From: Felis catus
Lineage: Eukaryota
DNA length: 64,000 nucleotides
Direction of reading: 5' to 3'
NCBI RefSeq assembly: GCF_018350175.1
Contig: NC_058382.1
Span: forward strand, 56,918,001-56,982,000
Shown here: positions 62,113 to 64,000 of the stretch, piece after piece
How the letters are laid out: every line of letters begins with the position of its first letter
How positions within the stretch are numbered: the stretch's first letter is position 1
Notes under the pieces: model-generated
The model's input: only the letters and a program-made list of their open reading frames with translations
Databases searched by the model: none
Told to the model about the DNA's origin: nothing
Translations under genes and position numbers: made by a program

Positions 62113-62724
62113 AAAAAAAAAAATGTTTATTTTTGAGACAGAGCGTGAGCAGGGGAGGGGCAGAGAGAGAAGAGAGGGAGCCATGAAAATTTTCTTACTA
62201 CTCAAGAATAACCGCTGTTAACTCTTAGGGAAGGGACGGTTCTAAATGTTTTTCCTCCTTGCATAAATGGACTTTTCATTTTTACCAAAATGGATTCTAC
62301 CCTAGGTATGGTTTTTAAAGTTTAAACTATTGTTTCACTCAACAATAAATTGTGAACACTTTTGATATCTGTAAACATTTTTTTTTCCACCATTCTGTGA
62401 AGGTATGAGGGCTTTCAGAGTGTGGATGTGCCATAATTTATTTAAGGGATCCCCTTTTGTTGGACATCTAGGTGGAAACAAGTAGATCACTGTTATAAGC
62501 AGCAGGCAGTGAACACTCTCGAAACTCCTAGGCATATCTATCATTATTGCCTGAGGATAAGTTCGCAGATACTAAATGATTGGCAAGCCTTGATAAATGC
62601 TGCCAACTTGGCCCTACGAAGATAGAAATTTAAAGCCCCACCAGCAGTGTGGGAGTAAGGCGCATTTTCCTGACTTCTTACCACTCCTGGGACCTGATGC
62701 TATCATTTGAAAATGACAACTAAA

Positions 62725-62945
62725 GGGGCGCCTCGGTGGCTCAGTCAGTCAAGCATCCGACTTCAGGTCATGATCTCACAGTTCGTGGGTTCGAGCCCCG
62801 CATCAGGCTCTGTGCTGAACACTTGCTCAGAGCCTGGAGGCTGCTTTGGATTCTGTGTCTCATTCTCTCTCTCCCCCTTCCCCCCCACTCGCCGTGTGTC
62901 TCACTCCGTCTCTCAAAAATAAATAAATGTAAAAAAATTTAAGGA
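62725..62945 (+). mobile_element. SINEC_Fc inside an old L1 relic
   Basis: TSD aaaatgaYaactaaa on both sides. Confidence 0.93.
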
Positions 62946-64000
62946 AAATGATAACTAAAAATTCATCTTTGTTGATTTAGTCTGCATTTTTTTTTTAGTT
63001 ACTAGTGATTATTTATTGGCCGCTTATAATTGCCAATACAAACGCTTCACCCATGTTTAAAAATTGGGTCCGGTTTTCTTTTTCTGTGTCGTAGGGTCTT
63101 TCTGTGTTTTAAGGAGTGACCGTTAAACACTGTATATGGTACAAAATTTTTTTCCACTGACTTCAATATTATTTGATGGGTGCGAAAGGTAAAATGATTC
63201 GGTTTTGCTTGCCGTGTTCGTTCTGTGTGAGGGGTCCAGGCTGGGCCCGGGACCACCCCGGGAAGCCTTGGCCGGTCCGTGAGGCGAGGCCGCAGCTCGT
63301 GTGGCGTGTGCGGCCAGGCCACAGTCACTGTCCCTTAGCTCACCTAGTTCTCCTGCTATTCTCTGCATTCTACAGATGAAGAAATGGAGGTTCGGAGGGC
63401 ATCAGTAATTGTCCCAGGTCACTCAGGGACCGCTTCAGGATCTGAACCCTAGCAGGTGTCTCCAGGGCTATAACCTCACTGCCCAGAGTCGCTATAGCAG
63501 CAGATGATAGAACACGCTTCTGTTGTTGGAAACTCAGGTTCCAGATAACTGCACCTGTAGAAACCTGTACCGGTTAGAAATGCTTGGCACGTGTAAGCGC
63601 AAATCCAATTACAACTGCTTACACAAATAGGGGTTTTCATAAAGGGACATTTCATTACTGTTTCGCTTGACGTGTGAATAATGGGTTGTGTGTGAACGTA
63701 CCTGTCAGAACCTCGGTGCCCGTCCGATGGCGTCCGTGACCACGTGTGCTTCGTAGGTGTCAGAGCATCTTCTGGCCTGCTCCTGGATCGCGGCTGCAGG
63801 GAAGCGGCTGTGGCTGACCCAGCCCGTGAAGTCAAAGGCATGGTTGATAGTGGAAGGCGGGCCGGGGCCCCAGCTGACGGTGGTGCGGGCTCGGTGCCAG
63901 TGTCGGTGGGTGAGCCAGGGACACCCTCCAGGGCTGCGAGCAGTGGGAGTGGCTCCCGGGGACTGAGGAGCGTCACCACCCGGCTCTGGTCAACCAAGGT

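Noticed and set aside
30800..64000. Exons of the next syntenic gene (MLYCD)
   Set aside because: No recognisable MLYCD peptide in any frame; the gene presumably lies beyond the window.

Overview
Mammalian genomic DNA. The SINEC_Fc-type tRNA-derived SINEs and L1_Fc-like LINE point to a felid (cat family). The window holds the 3' end of CDH13 (T-cadherin; penultimate exon 1422-1640, last exon from 11856, stop 11861-11863) and the complete HSBP1 gene (76 aa, CDS 24360-25548, with a U12-type AT-AC second intron and a non-coding last exon). About 35 kb of repeat-rich intergenic DNA follows. The most unusual structure is in the last CDH13 intron: a 3.35-kb composite (SINE + L1 ORF2 fragment + diverged DKC1 retrocopy carrying a nested SINE + terminal SINE) bracketed by one perfect 16-bp direct repeat, which suggests an old pseudogene was re-mobilised as cargo. 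Also notable is an orphan CpG island at about 47.9-48.7 kb built on a MaLR-like LTR, with a USF/NF-Y-spaced motif pair and an E-box minisatellite. Gene and repeat-family identities come from recalled sequence similarity, not database searches. Repeat boundaries are approximate.
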